Source: Haliotis rubra
Taxonomy: Eukaryota
Reading direction: 5' to 3'
Assembly (NCBI RefSeq): GCF_003918875.1
Contig: NW_025765186.1
Location: 62,001-126,000 of the forward strand
Length of the DNA stretch: 64,000 bases
The position numbers and the translations under genes were made by a program. Shown here piece after piece: positions 1 to 11,705 of this stretch; the stretch's first letter is position 1, and every line of letters starts with the position of its first letter. The notes under the pieces were generated by a model, which worked only from the letters and a program-made list of their open reading frames with translations, did not search any database and had not been told where the DNA came from.

Positions 1-531
1 ACATACATTTCCATGCTCGATTCTACAATGTGAACACACCACACGTCTGGGCTGTGTGTACATACATACATTTCCATGCTTGATTCTACAATGTGAACAC
101 ATAACACGTCTGGGCTGTGTGTACATACATACATTTCCTTGCTTGATTCTACAATGTGAACACATAACATGTCTGGGCTGTGTGTATATACATACATTTC
201 CTTGCTCGATTCTACAATGTGAACACATAACACGTCTGGGCTGTGTGTACATACATACATTTCCTTGCTTGATTCTACAATGTGAACACATAACACGTCT
301 GGGTTGTGTGTACATACATACATTTCCTTGCTCGATTCTACAATGTGAACACATAACACGTGTGGGCCGTGTGTACATACATACATTTCCTTGCTTGATT
401 CTACAATGTGAACACATAACACGTCTGGGCTGTGTGTACATACATACATTTCCTTGCTTGATTCTACAATGTGAACACATAACACGTCTGGGCTGTGTGT
501 ACATACATACATTTCCATGCTCGATTCTACA
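1..531. repeat. 63-bp minisatellite, ~8.5 copies (runs off window start)
   Basis: Unit ACATACATTTCCTTGCTTGATTCTACAATGTGAACACATAACACGTCTGGGCTGTGTGTACAT; ORF 56..553 is its 21-aa periodic translation. Confidence 0.95.
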
Positions 532-665
532 AAATCAGACACCCGGGTTCTGAAGTCTGTTATGTAATAATTTTTTGTTCACATGTTTGGTAATCATCAC
601 GAAGATCAGTGTATGGCTCAATATAGAACAAACTTTATGGATAACAACTTCTTTTTATTCGTGAG

Positions 666-705
666 TGCGACGTTTCGATACAGATTCTTGTACCGTTGTC
701 AAGCA
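666..705 (-). ncRNA. Minimal type I hammerhead ribozyme-like motif (Penelope-associated)
   Basis: Minus strand reads TGC-TTGACAA-C-GGTACA-agaatc-TGTATC-GAAACGTC-GCA: core CUGANGA as the U3/A8 variant, stem II GGTACA/TGTATC, GAAA, palindromic ACGT stem III, GUC cleavage triplet, stem I TGC/GCA. It lies downstream of the GIY-YIG remnant once the Academ insertion is removed. Confidence 0.6.
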
Positions 706-927
706 TAATGGGACATGAAGGGGGAAGTGTATATATACTGGATGTGACAATGTGATAAAGAAAACAACATAATTAACATAATTGGCTAGGGAGAAGGTAA
801 GCTGGTTCCCGGCTCCCTTTGCGCGCGCTAACGTTCGACAAAGCTAGGAGCCGGTAAAGGCTGCCATTTAAAACGCCCTGCTCGTTTATTTGACGTCACA
901 TCCGGTGATGTATTTTTAAACCTAAAT

Positions 928-3900
928 ATGGATTCGCTCATGCCGATCAAGGCGAGGGGCACACCTGTGAAAAACGTAACATCTTGTGTTTGCTGTGGCA
1001 AAGCTAAAAATGATGGGGGCGGGCAGTTTTACCGGATCGAGTGTAAACAAACGAAAGCTACCGAGAATTCTCTCGCGATTCTTTTGGAGCGCTACGGTGG
1101 ATTGATGGTTGTTCATGGATATGCATGCAGGAAATGTCATGACAGGTAAGCTGACAATAACGTACTTTTGATAGAAAATGTATTGACCTTTGTAGATTAC
1201 TGATAAGTGTCACATTGTCGCACGCTGATGTTTGGGGAGTACTGCACTTTACCGGGCGCACTGTTTCAGATTAATTAATTAGCGTTGCTGGGGTTCCCTA
1301 ACCCCTAACCCTAAGGATCGTAAAGGATGGCATACCCTAACCCTAAACCCTAAGGATCGTAAAGGGTGCCATACCCTAACCCTAACCCTAAGGATCGTAA
1401 AGGGAGCAGCGAGGGCTGCGCCCGGTAAAGTGCATTCTAGCCGATGTTTGTATAGAAGTGTATGTGACACAATCAGCTGGACCGGGGATTTAGCTATTTT
1501 TAGACATGGAAAACCCCGAAACCGTAAATCGGTGTCTCTGGCAGTGAAAGTAAACTTTGGCTCATATTCGTTACAGTACTCAGTATATGCAGTGTAACGA
1601 ATAATACTGAGCCTAAGTTTATTTATACTGGTGTCTCTGGTCTCTTTCTTTGTATCCAATTGACATTTCGATACTGGCAAACAGGGATTTCGACAAAATA
1701 ACACCCCAAAACATATCCAACATGAAAACACCGTTACAGTCACCCTTGTGAAAAAATAATTTATAATTTATTTTTTTATTTGTGTGCTTGTGCACTTGTA
1801 TGTATTTAGCTATGTGGATAAATCATACTTGTTGGAAAAACCACTACAGGATTTTGAATATCAAACACTTTAAGGAAAGTTTTCATGAAATTCTAATATA
1901 TGATGATGTTTATTATGCATGCTCATATTTCATGTAATGAGTCTCAATCGTACTAACTCTCACACCCTTATAACAAATATTTGAATGCATATACATGTAT
2001 TATCACATGTATCGTTCATGTTCAGAGTGAAGAGGATTCACACATTAACGAAAGACTTCTGGGACATGTGTCAAGAATCAAGCAAATCAACTAAAACAAA
2101 ACGGTGAGCCCCCTCAGTGTGTTCAAACATCAATAAAGGGATATATTAGAAGTTGTTTGGATAGGAAGTTGTAGAAATTGTAATGTTAAAATCAGATCAG
2201 TTTTAAACCTACCTTGGAACCCAGAAGTTTCTGGATTTGGAGCAGAATCTTTTAGGTTGATATTAACTAAATCATTAAAATCAATTATGAAAGTAAGATT
2301 TATAGAATTTAAAATATAATTAAACAATGGATAAAAAGGACTGTAACTCCCATAGGAAAAAATGCTACTATCAAATGTTGCTTAACTTCACCTGAATTAT
2401 GACCTGAGCTCTATGCACAGGAACACACACAGTCATAATCGGAATGATATTTTCATAAAACCCTATAAAACCACTCATGATACTAAGATGGGTGCAATTC
2501 AGGCTGCTTCACAGAATCTTTCCATTCAATACATACCTGAATAAAATGCACATTGTTGAGATTAATCTTTGTACATTCTGTGGGGCTGAGTCTGAATGCA
2601 TATTTGACCTATTATTTGCAGTTGGTTTGAACAGTGCCAATTCCTATAATAAGATTATTTGACCTCAGTGGTGTAAGCAGTTAATCAATCATGCACAACC
2701 TACAATTTTTAATCATTATAGCTATGAAATAACATGTCATCGCGTGGAATCACAGTATAATTATATCCATGTTCTTGTTTACAGATGTGCATCCTCACCC
2801 CTGACTCCTTCAGTGTCCAATGAACCCATGATTTCTAACCACAGAAAAGTACAGAGACGACTAATTATGTCTGCTGAGGAACATACTTCATCCTCACTGT
2901 CAGGGGCTTCTGATCCCGATAAGGTGGCACTCATTGATGAAATAGGCTATGAGTGTAATGTGAGCACAACAAAGCGTGATTATCATGATCATACGTACTT
3001 CAAAGATCCAGATAACTCTGAAACAGGTGGGAAGAATTGCAAGATTACATCACCCAATATGTCCAGAACTTTAGGCTCCAGTCGGTTGCTTGCCAATTCT
3101 CTTATAAACTGTGATGCCTCCTTGAGACAGAGTTTGACTTGTTCTGATATCTATCTTTTGACAGAAGCTATTAATTCCTTCTCAGTTTTCTCTGCTGCTG
3201 AAGCAGTGATGAAGATTCCACATTTGAAATCAGCCATAGAAAAACATTTTCTTCAAAAAGTAGACCATAGTGTTTCAGAGTTGAACCGCAGGAATGTTGA
3301 ACATGGCTATGTGTCTGAACTTATGGCCAAAGACTATAACAATCTTTCTGATTTCAAATGGCAAACTGTTGTGGAAGAAATTGCTGTCAAAGTTCCTGAA
3401 TTGCTGAATATGATGATTACAGTCTGTGTTGGACATGGTGGTGTAACCCCGGGAGAAGTTGGAAACAATGTTGCCAAGAATAGGAATGGCTTACAGTATC
3501 CTAGTACAGGCTCGGCATCATGAACTGAGCAGGGTGCAGAGGATCATGACAATGTGCCTTCATGACAGTACCTGCGAACAAAAGGTAAATCATATATTTT
3601 TTCAATCAAGATGATAACAGAAAAAGCTTTTGTGTGCTGATAAAAAGGAAATAGGTCTCTCGGAATAGACCTCTTGATAATTTGCTTCATATGTGCAAAT
3701 CAATGTAAACTGAGGGAAACAAATAAGGGATCACATGAAAGCACAAGTGTTCCTTTACTTTTTTCCATCTTTATTCAAAAGTTATGCAATACAAGGCTTG
3801 TGAAGATACCTTGAAAAAAAATAAAGGATCACTTGTGCTTTCATGCAATCCAATTTTTTTTTACCTCAGTATATGTCATGCGAATGTATGCATAAATTTA

Positions 3901-5769
3901 CAGAATCCAATTCCTTATTTTCAGGTCTTTGACCGGCTACAGCAAATTGGCGTGTCTCTCAGTTATGGCAGGAGCCTTTTTCTGTTGAATGAAGTTGGAG
4001 GACATTTCAATGACCGGGTCATACAGGCTGTCAGTGAGGGACGCAGGTTTCGCATCATTGGCGACAATTTAAATTTTCATGTTGATGTTCAGGACATGAG
4101 AAAAGACAGGCAGAGCAGTTATCATCACATGTTTGCCTCGGCTATCATTTTACAGACACAGGTTGACACTTCCATGCTGCAAAATGTCCCGCAGAAGAGC
4201 ATTGACAATCTTCTAGTGAATGATGTCCTTATCTCAAACACAGAGCTTGATGTTGTGAAAGATGAATACATTAAATTAGTGTGTGACATTGCCAGTGAGC
4301 ACATACCTTCTCTAGCATTCATGGGGAAGTGTGTTCCATCGTTCTTACTTGGCCCTCACAGTGAGCAGTTAAAAAGAAAGAATGAAGTCATTGCCTTGCC
4401 AGTTTTGCCTTATAATGAGCAGTCCTATGCTGATGATGTCAAGATTCTTGCTTACTATGAAGACACCATTCAAGAAATTTACACTTCTGCTGGGCTTCCA
4501 GTAGATAGTAGTGTGAAAGTTCACATTGGTGGGGATCAACTGACAAGAGAACGCTTCAGTCATGCAAAACGTTTCAGGATTGGCAATTTACTTGCACATG
4601 AACGATTTGACCATCTTGGTCCTACCTCATTCGAGCTATTTCATCTGGACATGAACTTCCTTGAAAAGATTGCTTTCAGGTATCTATACAATGAAGGCTC
4701 CTCAAATGAATTTGGAACAATGAAGTCTGAGCAGCAGCGTATTTTACGCAAAAATGTTGATCCAGATGTTCGCAAGGCATATGATGCTGATCAAGCCTAC
4801 TTCATCTCCTTTGTCAAGAGCTACATTGTAGCCCTCTTGCTCAGTTTCTTTGGCATGGACACTTCAGATGGAACACCAACAAAAAATGTACCACCGCCAT
4901 TTGCAGATGAAAGTGAGAGGAAGGCCTGGGTTAGGAATACAGTGGGTGACCTCGTAGAGGAACATGTACTAGCTACATGGCGTGGCAAATCATGTAAACA
5001 ACAGGTTAATGTGGGAAGGAGAGACATCATCCAACTTGTGCCAGTAACCTTGAAAAATGGCACTCAAAAGAATCTGCCAGTGTATAGTCCAGAGGTAACA
5101 TTTATGCCACCACAGGAAGATTATGTTATGAATTACAGTAGTCTTGTCGTTGATCTGGGACTCCTTTATCTGAATTTTCGTGATGCGTGTCATGTTCCAA
5201 ATCGTGACCGCATGATGAGAATATTTAAGATGTTCTTACCAATCTTCAAAGGGACCAACAATCAATCAAAATATGCTCTGGAACTGCTCCGATTCTTGAT
5301 TCAGCATACTTCCATACTGAGCGAATGTGAATCACACAGAGTTTTCTATGGCCTGTTTGTGAACAACCAAGGACACATTGACACTCATATCAGAGCAGAC
5401 CAGCAAATGGAGTACATAGTGAAGAAGCAGAAAAAGCTAATCAAACACTGTTACTCCAACAAGACTAATAAAAATATCGTGCGACACACTGCTGCTGTCC
5501 ATGGTGTGTCCACAATTGGAGAAAGCTTTGATGCCGCCACCAAAGTTATCAGGCGTGCCAAAGCTCATCCCGAACTTTCAGCATTGATGGATGAAAAATC
5601 CATGGTATCTGACATTATAAGCATTAAACCATGGAGTCATTCTGCAAACAGGAAATTTGAACATTTTCCCAGAATTCAGAGAACACTTGTTGACAAAATA
5701 GATCCTGCTGCCTTCCGGAAATGGTTTTCCGAAAAGAAAATGTATTTCTTCCATGAGGTTGGGAAGTAA
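928..5769 (+). CDS. Academ-family (DUF6589-like) DDE transposase, 4 exons, one apparent frameshift
   Basis: Exons 928-1145, 2026-2103, 2785-3584, 3925-5769 with GT-AG and matching phases (2,2,0). N-terminal CxxC..CxxC zinc motif; motifs IIGDNLNF, IGGDQLTRER, ELFHLDMNF, ADQQME. The frame shifts near 3473-3476 (…NNVA to PRIGMAYSILVQARHHELSRVQRIMTMCLHDSTCEQK|VFDRL). Confidence 0.85.
1235..1442. mobile_element. 208-bp MITE with CCCTAA-rich internal repeats, nested in transposase intron 1
   Basis: Perfect 18-bp inverted repeat TGCACTTTACCGGGCGCA (1243-1260 / 1417-1434), GG…CC termini, flanking 8-bp direct repeat GATGTTTG (1227-1234 / 1443-1450), three internal units containing CCCTAA. Confidence 0.7.
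2300..2662 (+). mobile_element. Decayed Tx1/L1-clade ORF2 C-terminal fragments in transposase intron 2
   Basis: LRWVQFRLLHRIFPFNTYLNKMHIVEINLCTFCGAESECIFDLLF resembles the zf-RVT region. Upstream NIIKQW..RTVTPIGK resembles the post-RT 'W..R.LT..GK' motif. Confidence 0.6.
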
Positions 5770-6461
5770 TACATAGTAGTTCAGATGTATCTGATTTACT
5801 GCTATTCACAGGACACTGTTTCAAGTTTGCTTGATTGTTGACTGTTGTTGCCTCATATAAGCTATAACTGTATACTCCTTGACAACATTTACCTCTGGGG
5901 CTGTTACTTTTCAGTCGGGACTATTCAGATTGTTGAACTGTCTCCCTTCATGAATTCAGTTCGCTATTTGCAATCACTAAGGTTGAAATGTTCATGAAAC
6001 GTTTTAGGAGTGTTTTAACTTGAATTTGTGTTTGATTTATCAAATTGAGATATGGAAAATGGAATGTATCCAACCAAGCAGAATGACTATCAACACTCAT
6101 ATCTTTTATTTCATATTCCACACTGTTCCAACTTCTAAATGCCTCTAAAAGAAGCACTGTGTCAACATGGACAAAACACATCAAAGAATATACTTTGTTA
6201 TTATTTCACTGAATACTATAAATAATACATCAACTGATGACATTTTATTGGATTCATGGCTCAATACCTGTGGCATGTATCATATTTTCTTCATACATTT
6301 GGTGCAGCCCTAGTTATCTCCCCTTGTCTATAATTAACTGATCTTATAAATACTCTTTTTATAAGATGACCGCTTGTTAACCTTAACCATCTCAATTTTG
6401 TGTACTGTCATCAAAACTATTGTATCTTTATTGTATATGGTATACAATCCATATTGCATAT

Positions 6462-9414
6462 TCATGGGGAATGATAATGTTGAACCACATATTTGAGAAG
6501 ACATGCAATATTGTCCAAATAGGCAAGATCAATGTCTTTGAACTCTGACTTAAGAATGTCCACATTGCTAAATCTGTTATAGTCAGCTGATATTTTGGAG
6601 GCCAGTTTCTTATCAAGCCCTGTTTGCAAGTTTGAAAACGGTACATCAGCAACTTGATTTTCAGCTTCAAAATAATCAGTTAACAACTGTGAAGCCATTT
6701 TAACAGCAGCTTTCCTGGGTGCAGGAATTTGCTCATTGCTCTCCTGAGTCGAGAGATGGAAGTCAGTTTCGAATACTTTGTGTATAATACATTCAGCACA
6801 CTGACATGTTTTTGAGCAATTGTCACAACAACGATGACCTGGTTCTGGTTGGACACATTCAAATTCAAAATAATTCATCAAAGTCTGTCTTCTGCATTTG
6901 CTAGTGGTGCAGAAATCTTTCATTTCCTTTGAGAGATGTTTGACATTTGAAGCTATGTCTGATTTGTTCATGTACATTATTGCCTCTGCATGTTCACCAT
7001 CACGCCCAGCTCGACCAGTTTCTTGCAAGTAAGCTGCAAACCAAAATATCATTATCATTCTGTGCAAAAAACCTAAGAGTAATACTGTCCTATTTTTTAA
7101 TTGGTGTCTGAACAATTCCTGTTATTGTATTCTACTTTATGATTGCTTTGTTCCATCACCCAACTAAGCACTCAATAAATATACTGAACAAGCCTTTCGC
7201 AACATGGCAATGACTAAAACTAATCTGAAAATGGCTTCATTGTGATAATGTAAAAAATATGGAGAGATTGCGAGTTTGTTTCATATTAAGCATGCAAATG
7301 TGTGTTCATTTTCAGTACCCAATTGTTGAACCAGACATATAGTCTTCTAATTTATTGATTTAATTATTTCCATTTTGCTTACTTTCTAGCGTTGAAGGTG
7401 GTCCAATGTGAATAACCCTTCTTATATCAGGTGCATCAGTGCCCATGCTGTATGCCTCAGGGGCTAAAAGTAGCCTTACATGGCTATTGGGAGACTTGAA
7501 TATACAAGACAGTTCTTGTTTCAGCTGAAAACAAAGGACTAATTATTTATAGAGAAGCAAGGCTTGCTTTCCAAAACAAAGTAAAAATTGACACTTAATC
7601 ATAAATTCTAAAATGTTAATGTATTTTGACATGAAAACATGTGTCTTGAAAAGTGCTATTAATTATCCACAATTGGTTCATTTCAGGACAATACTGGGAA
7701 ATTATAAATATATTAGTAGCAGAGGTAAATTATTGATAAATACTACTTAAACCGCTTACTGCATCAACTTGCGGTGCATGATACTGTCCAAGCCTGGCAG
7801 TGTATTGACTATTAGAAGTGTAACAGTGGAGTTCTTCGTCGCCCATTATTTGAAGTGCCAATTCATGGCCATATCCACACCATTTCAGCTTGCTGAAGAG
7901 AACTGTTTTGGGGAAGGATCTTCCTTTCTCCTGTAAAAATATACTTGTTTCTTAAAATGCCTCTCACCTAGTATTTTGTGAAGAATTTTTAAACTATACT
8001 CAAACAAAATTCAATTCAGGACAAATTAATGTGTATTTGCCAGATTTACAGATATCATTTCAAAATTCTGCAGATACATTTTTCACTTATCAGTTACTGT
8101 TTCATGTTTCTGCTGAATAATGTTATTAATAATGCAATCAGTCTTGTATGAAGACCATGTTCATGTACACATTTTTGATTATCTAGGTACTTATCATTAA
8201 TATTTACCAAATTTTTCACTTTGTATCAAAGATGGTGTTATGTCATTAGTGCAGTACAGTTAATTAGTTGCTGCTTGCATCTTAGTTCTGATGATATAAC
8301 TAAGATATGTATTGTTTCATCTGAAGATAGTAATGATATATGTGATTAAAAAGAGAACATGATTAAAACGGTATTATTTATTGTGTGCATTAATGATAAT
8401 ATATAAGAGATGTATTTTGTCAGTCAGCAAAGTTTACTGCTGTCATTTTAGAAATGAGATCTGTATGTGATCGGTGTAATAATAGAATTCACATATTTGC
8501 CATGATTATGAAATGTGATTATTAACTGCTATCTAACTGCTAAGTGAAATGTTATTCTGCATTTGCTGTAAAGACATTACCACATCATTTGCTGTGGTAT
8601 GATATAAATTCTGTACCTTTAATTCCATTAATATTGGCCTCAATACCTCTCCATAAGCATCTTCTGATGTTTTGTTTACAGAATTATGGGAGGGTCTCTT
8701 ATTCACTGAATAAAACAGGTTTGGGCGATCACATGATGCTGATACTAAGTAGTAATTAGCACAAAACCTGAGGTGTTTTGCTATGCATTTTTGTGTTGTT
8801 TTTGTAGCTGTTGCAGTCATTGCAACAACTTTTGCGTTCGGTAGAATAGCCCTTAGCGTGTCAAGATGCTGATAATCTGTGCGGAAACTGTTGCCCCACG
8901 TATCGATGCAGTGAGCCTCATCAACAATGATGTGAGATATCTGCCTCTGATACTTATTTTTTTTCAGATCACAGAGAAACACCTTCTGTAATAACTGCTC
9001 AGGGTGTCCAAGAATATATGTGGGCATGTTGGAGCTTTTGTCTCCCATGTGGTCTGGCAAAATGTGCATGCACCTTTCAGCGTAAAATTTCACTTTTTCG
9101 TTGATGATTGCATTCAAGGGACTCACGACGAGAATTGATGTTAGATAATCTTGCAAGTGACATTTGCATATAGCAGTGCACGTACACGCTGCCTGACAAC
9201 GTCTGACTCCAATATAATAGGGAATTAGTTCGTAAGCCAGACTCTTTCCGAACCCAGTGGGCAGAACGGTCATTACGTCACCAATTTCTGAGGCGTACAC
9301 AATGTCAATTTGTTGATTTTTCAAACAAAACACAGGAGTTTCTAAATCTACGGAGAAACGAAATAAGGCACATTTTAGGGCATTAACTCTACCCAGCTTG
9401 TCTCCAATGTTCAT
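6462..9414 (-). CDS. RecQ-like superfamily 2 DEAH helicase of AcademH, 4 exons, ~560 aa, intact
   Basis: Exons 9414-8617, 7930-7760, 7524-7383, 7033-6462 (phases 0,0,1; total 1683 nt). Motifs PTGFGKS, VVSPLNAII, VDEAH, MTATA, AYSMGTDAPDIRRVIHIGPP, YLQETGRAGRDG, and RQC zinc motif CRR…CCDNC. Confidence 0.9.
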
Positions 9415-9660
9415 CGTGATTTCAATAAAGCTGTGATCACTTGGGTATGTAAATGAAATAAAAAATACTACGGCGTTTATAGTAACTCGATCTAAACGTA
9501 AACACAGCTAGCAGACGAAGCGTAGGGAGTCTAAAAATAACAACCAATAGAAACGTACGTAACAAAGTCATCATGACAGTCGTTCACAGCCATCGTCTCT
9601 TTGGCCTATACCGGCTCGTATATTGCGATATGCGAGACGGGGCCCAGCTTAGGGAGAAGG

Positions 9661-9995
9661 CTGATGAAGCCAGAGAGTAGACAAAGGACAGGCGTAGAAG
9701 CCAGTGGTGTACAAATGATAATGACATGTTTATACAGCAGTGAGTTTATACAGTGGATTGGGCTTGGTGGATGAGTGCATCATAAGCGGATGGAATGAAG
9801 TATCCTTGGTCTCGGTTGATGGTGGGCTTTTGGCGTTTGATGTGGATGGCTTCGGTGAGCTTGCGTTTAGTGAAGTCTGTTTGTTTGTTAGAGAGAATGG
9901 TGATGTCAGACCACTCTATTTGATGACTGGGGCTTGCTTTGATGTGGTCGGAAATGGCTGATTTGCTGTCGGAATTGGTAACAGAGGTTACTTCC
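9661..9995 (-). mobile_element. Penelope-like retroelement 3' remnant (GIY-YIG endonuclease C-terminus); continues at ~550-797 on the other side of the Academ insertion
   Basis: SAISDHIKASPSHQIEWSDITILSNKQTDFTKRKLTEAIHIKRQKPTINRDQG matches the PLE GIY-YIG C-terminal pattern (SA..H…I.W…R…EAI.I…P.INRD.G). Confidence 0.8.
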
Positions 9996-10391
9996 CAACT
10001 TCTAAAATGCCACTCAAAGAAGTTAATGTATGGCTCCTCGTGTTCGGTAAACTCTAGAGTTACGATAGGTCGTAACATTACGAATGCTTTGTGGATGGGG
10101 ACCCTGGTGACTTGTCACCTCGATGCTTTTGAAAGTTAGGTTATGAGGAAAACAATGCCGAGGTCGAATCCCCAAACCAGTGTCCCCTGCACAGGTGTCT
10201 CCGTCACATATTGCGGGTACATTGCTATCAGTTGAGTACACACTGAACTCATTCACTTACCTTGTGAAAACATTATTGTATGCGTCAGTGCACTTATGTC
10301 ACTTCGACTGTTACCTACTTATGTTACCAAATATGTCCTTGAGGCAGCTTCACCAATCACCATAGCCCCACCATGTCAGCCATTTAAAAAA

Positions 10392-10556
10392 GGGGCGGTG
10401 GGGTAGTCTAGTGGTGAAACCGTTCGCTCGTCACGCAGGAGACCGCGCTTCGGTTCCCCACATGGGTACAGTGTGTGAAGCCCATTTCTGGTGTCCCCTT
10501 CCCTTAATATTACTGGAATATTGCAAAAAGCGGCGTAAAACTAAACTCACTCATTT
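10392..10556 (+). mobile_element. tRNA-derived SINE family A
   Basis: A box GTAGTCTAGTGG, B-box-like GCTTCGGTTCC, body CATGGGTACA..GTGTGAAGCCCATTTCTGGTGTCCCC, tail GCGGCGTAAAACTAAACTCACTC; many copies in window. Confidence 0.85.
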
Positions 10557-11043
10557 CGAAAAAAATTACAATTGTAATATCCTTCGTGAAAATTACCGGC
10601 AAATCAAATGAATATCGTGGCGTGATTTAAAAACCTTCCATGTTCATACTTTCGTATCATGTACGCCGTGAACCCGTCAATAACGCCTAGTCGTCTCTCA
10701 AGGCCATTTCGCTTTCTCTGATTCGGCCTCAATACTTCCGGGTTCAATCAGTAGTGACAAGTGGTTGTGTCCTGCTAGTTAGGATGTTATACATTAAGTC
10801 CAAGTATCAATACCGCTTATTAACATCCTGCACACCACAATGTTACGTTGTATCACCTTACTTGAGTTAGTGAGTTTAGTTTTACGTCGCATTTAGCAAT
10901 ATTATAGCAATTTCACGGTTGGGGTCCTAATTTGAGAAAAGTATAGACTCGTTTCATTTTCACATGATGTGTCCAGATTAGTTGCCCAATGTACAGCGAG
11001 TTAGATTGGTGACACAGTGTTCCAGTCACCTCTACTTTATGAC

Positions 11044-11195
11044 GGGGCGGTGGGGTAGCCTAGTGGTTAAAGCGTTCGCTTGTCACACCGAAGACACGGG
11101 TTCGATTCCCTACATAGGTACAATGTATGTGATGACTCCTGCCGTGATATTGCTGGAATATTGTTAAAAACGGCTTAAAACCAAACTCACACACT
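11044..11195 (+). mobile_element. tRNA-derived SINE family A
   Basis: GGGGCGGTGGGGTAGCCTAGTGGTTAAAGCGTTCGC…GGTTCGATTCCC head and family tail. Confidence 0.85.
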
Positions 11196-11705
11196 TATGT
11201 CAGCCTGTTTTGAACTGTCTGTAGGTTGAACGTATCGGATCATAATAAGCAGAGTTAGGTAATTAACCAACACCGACAACGACAGACACGATAGATAAAT
11301 TTATATATAGAGAGAGTTATCTCCCATCCATCGATTTGCTTTTGCAAACATCAGTAATTTCAGTACATCATATGGGACTCAAATGTTCGAGATAAAGAAT
11401 TTCTAACACGATGCACCAAATGAATTCCCACAGTTCGCCATTCCTAGCGAGTAACAAAGCAAATGTTGTAAGCGGGGTACAATTCAAATAACAGAAGAGC
11501 GCACAGCCAATTAGAAAACGACATTTATGTGAGAGATAAGCTAAAGAAAATACATCAGTTAAAATATATATATCAGAGATCATTCCATAGCTTTCAGATG
11601 TTCTAAATACCAGGTTGTCCGGTAGAACTAATGGTACACACTGGAAACAAGTTGAATGTTTCTGTCACGTTTATTACATTCGTAAATGTCTCTCTACGCC
11701 AGTAG

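Larger units (their letters stand above)
798..9651 (+). mobile_element. AcademH-type DNA transposon (transposase + RecQ-like helicase), full length
   Basis: Left end TAAGCTGGTTCCCGGCTCCC and reverse complement of right end TAAGCTGGGCCCCGTCTCGC (16/20 match). Direct repeat GGGAGAAGG at 789-797 and 9652-9660 is a 9-bp TSD. Internal convergent DDE transposase and SF2 RecQ-like helicase genes. Confidence 0.9.

Noticed and set aside
56-553. 165-aa repetitive ORF (likewise 29877-30539, 32505-33174, 45880-46413)
   Set aside because: Periodic translations of minisatellites, with no splice or domain evidence.
1296-1400. True telomere or chromosome-fusion site
   Set aside because: Only short CCCTAA runs inside a TIR/TSD-bounded MITE.
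6462-9414. Host RecQ/WRN/BLM gene
   Set aside because: It lies within TIRs and a TSD opposite an Academ transposase and lacks HRDC or other host domains, so no gene symbol is assigned.
10392-10470. tRNA genes at SINE heads
   Set aside because: The A/B boxes continue into conserved SINE bodies and tails in many diverged copies; no clean cloverleaf.
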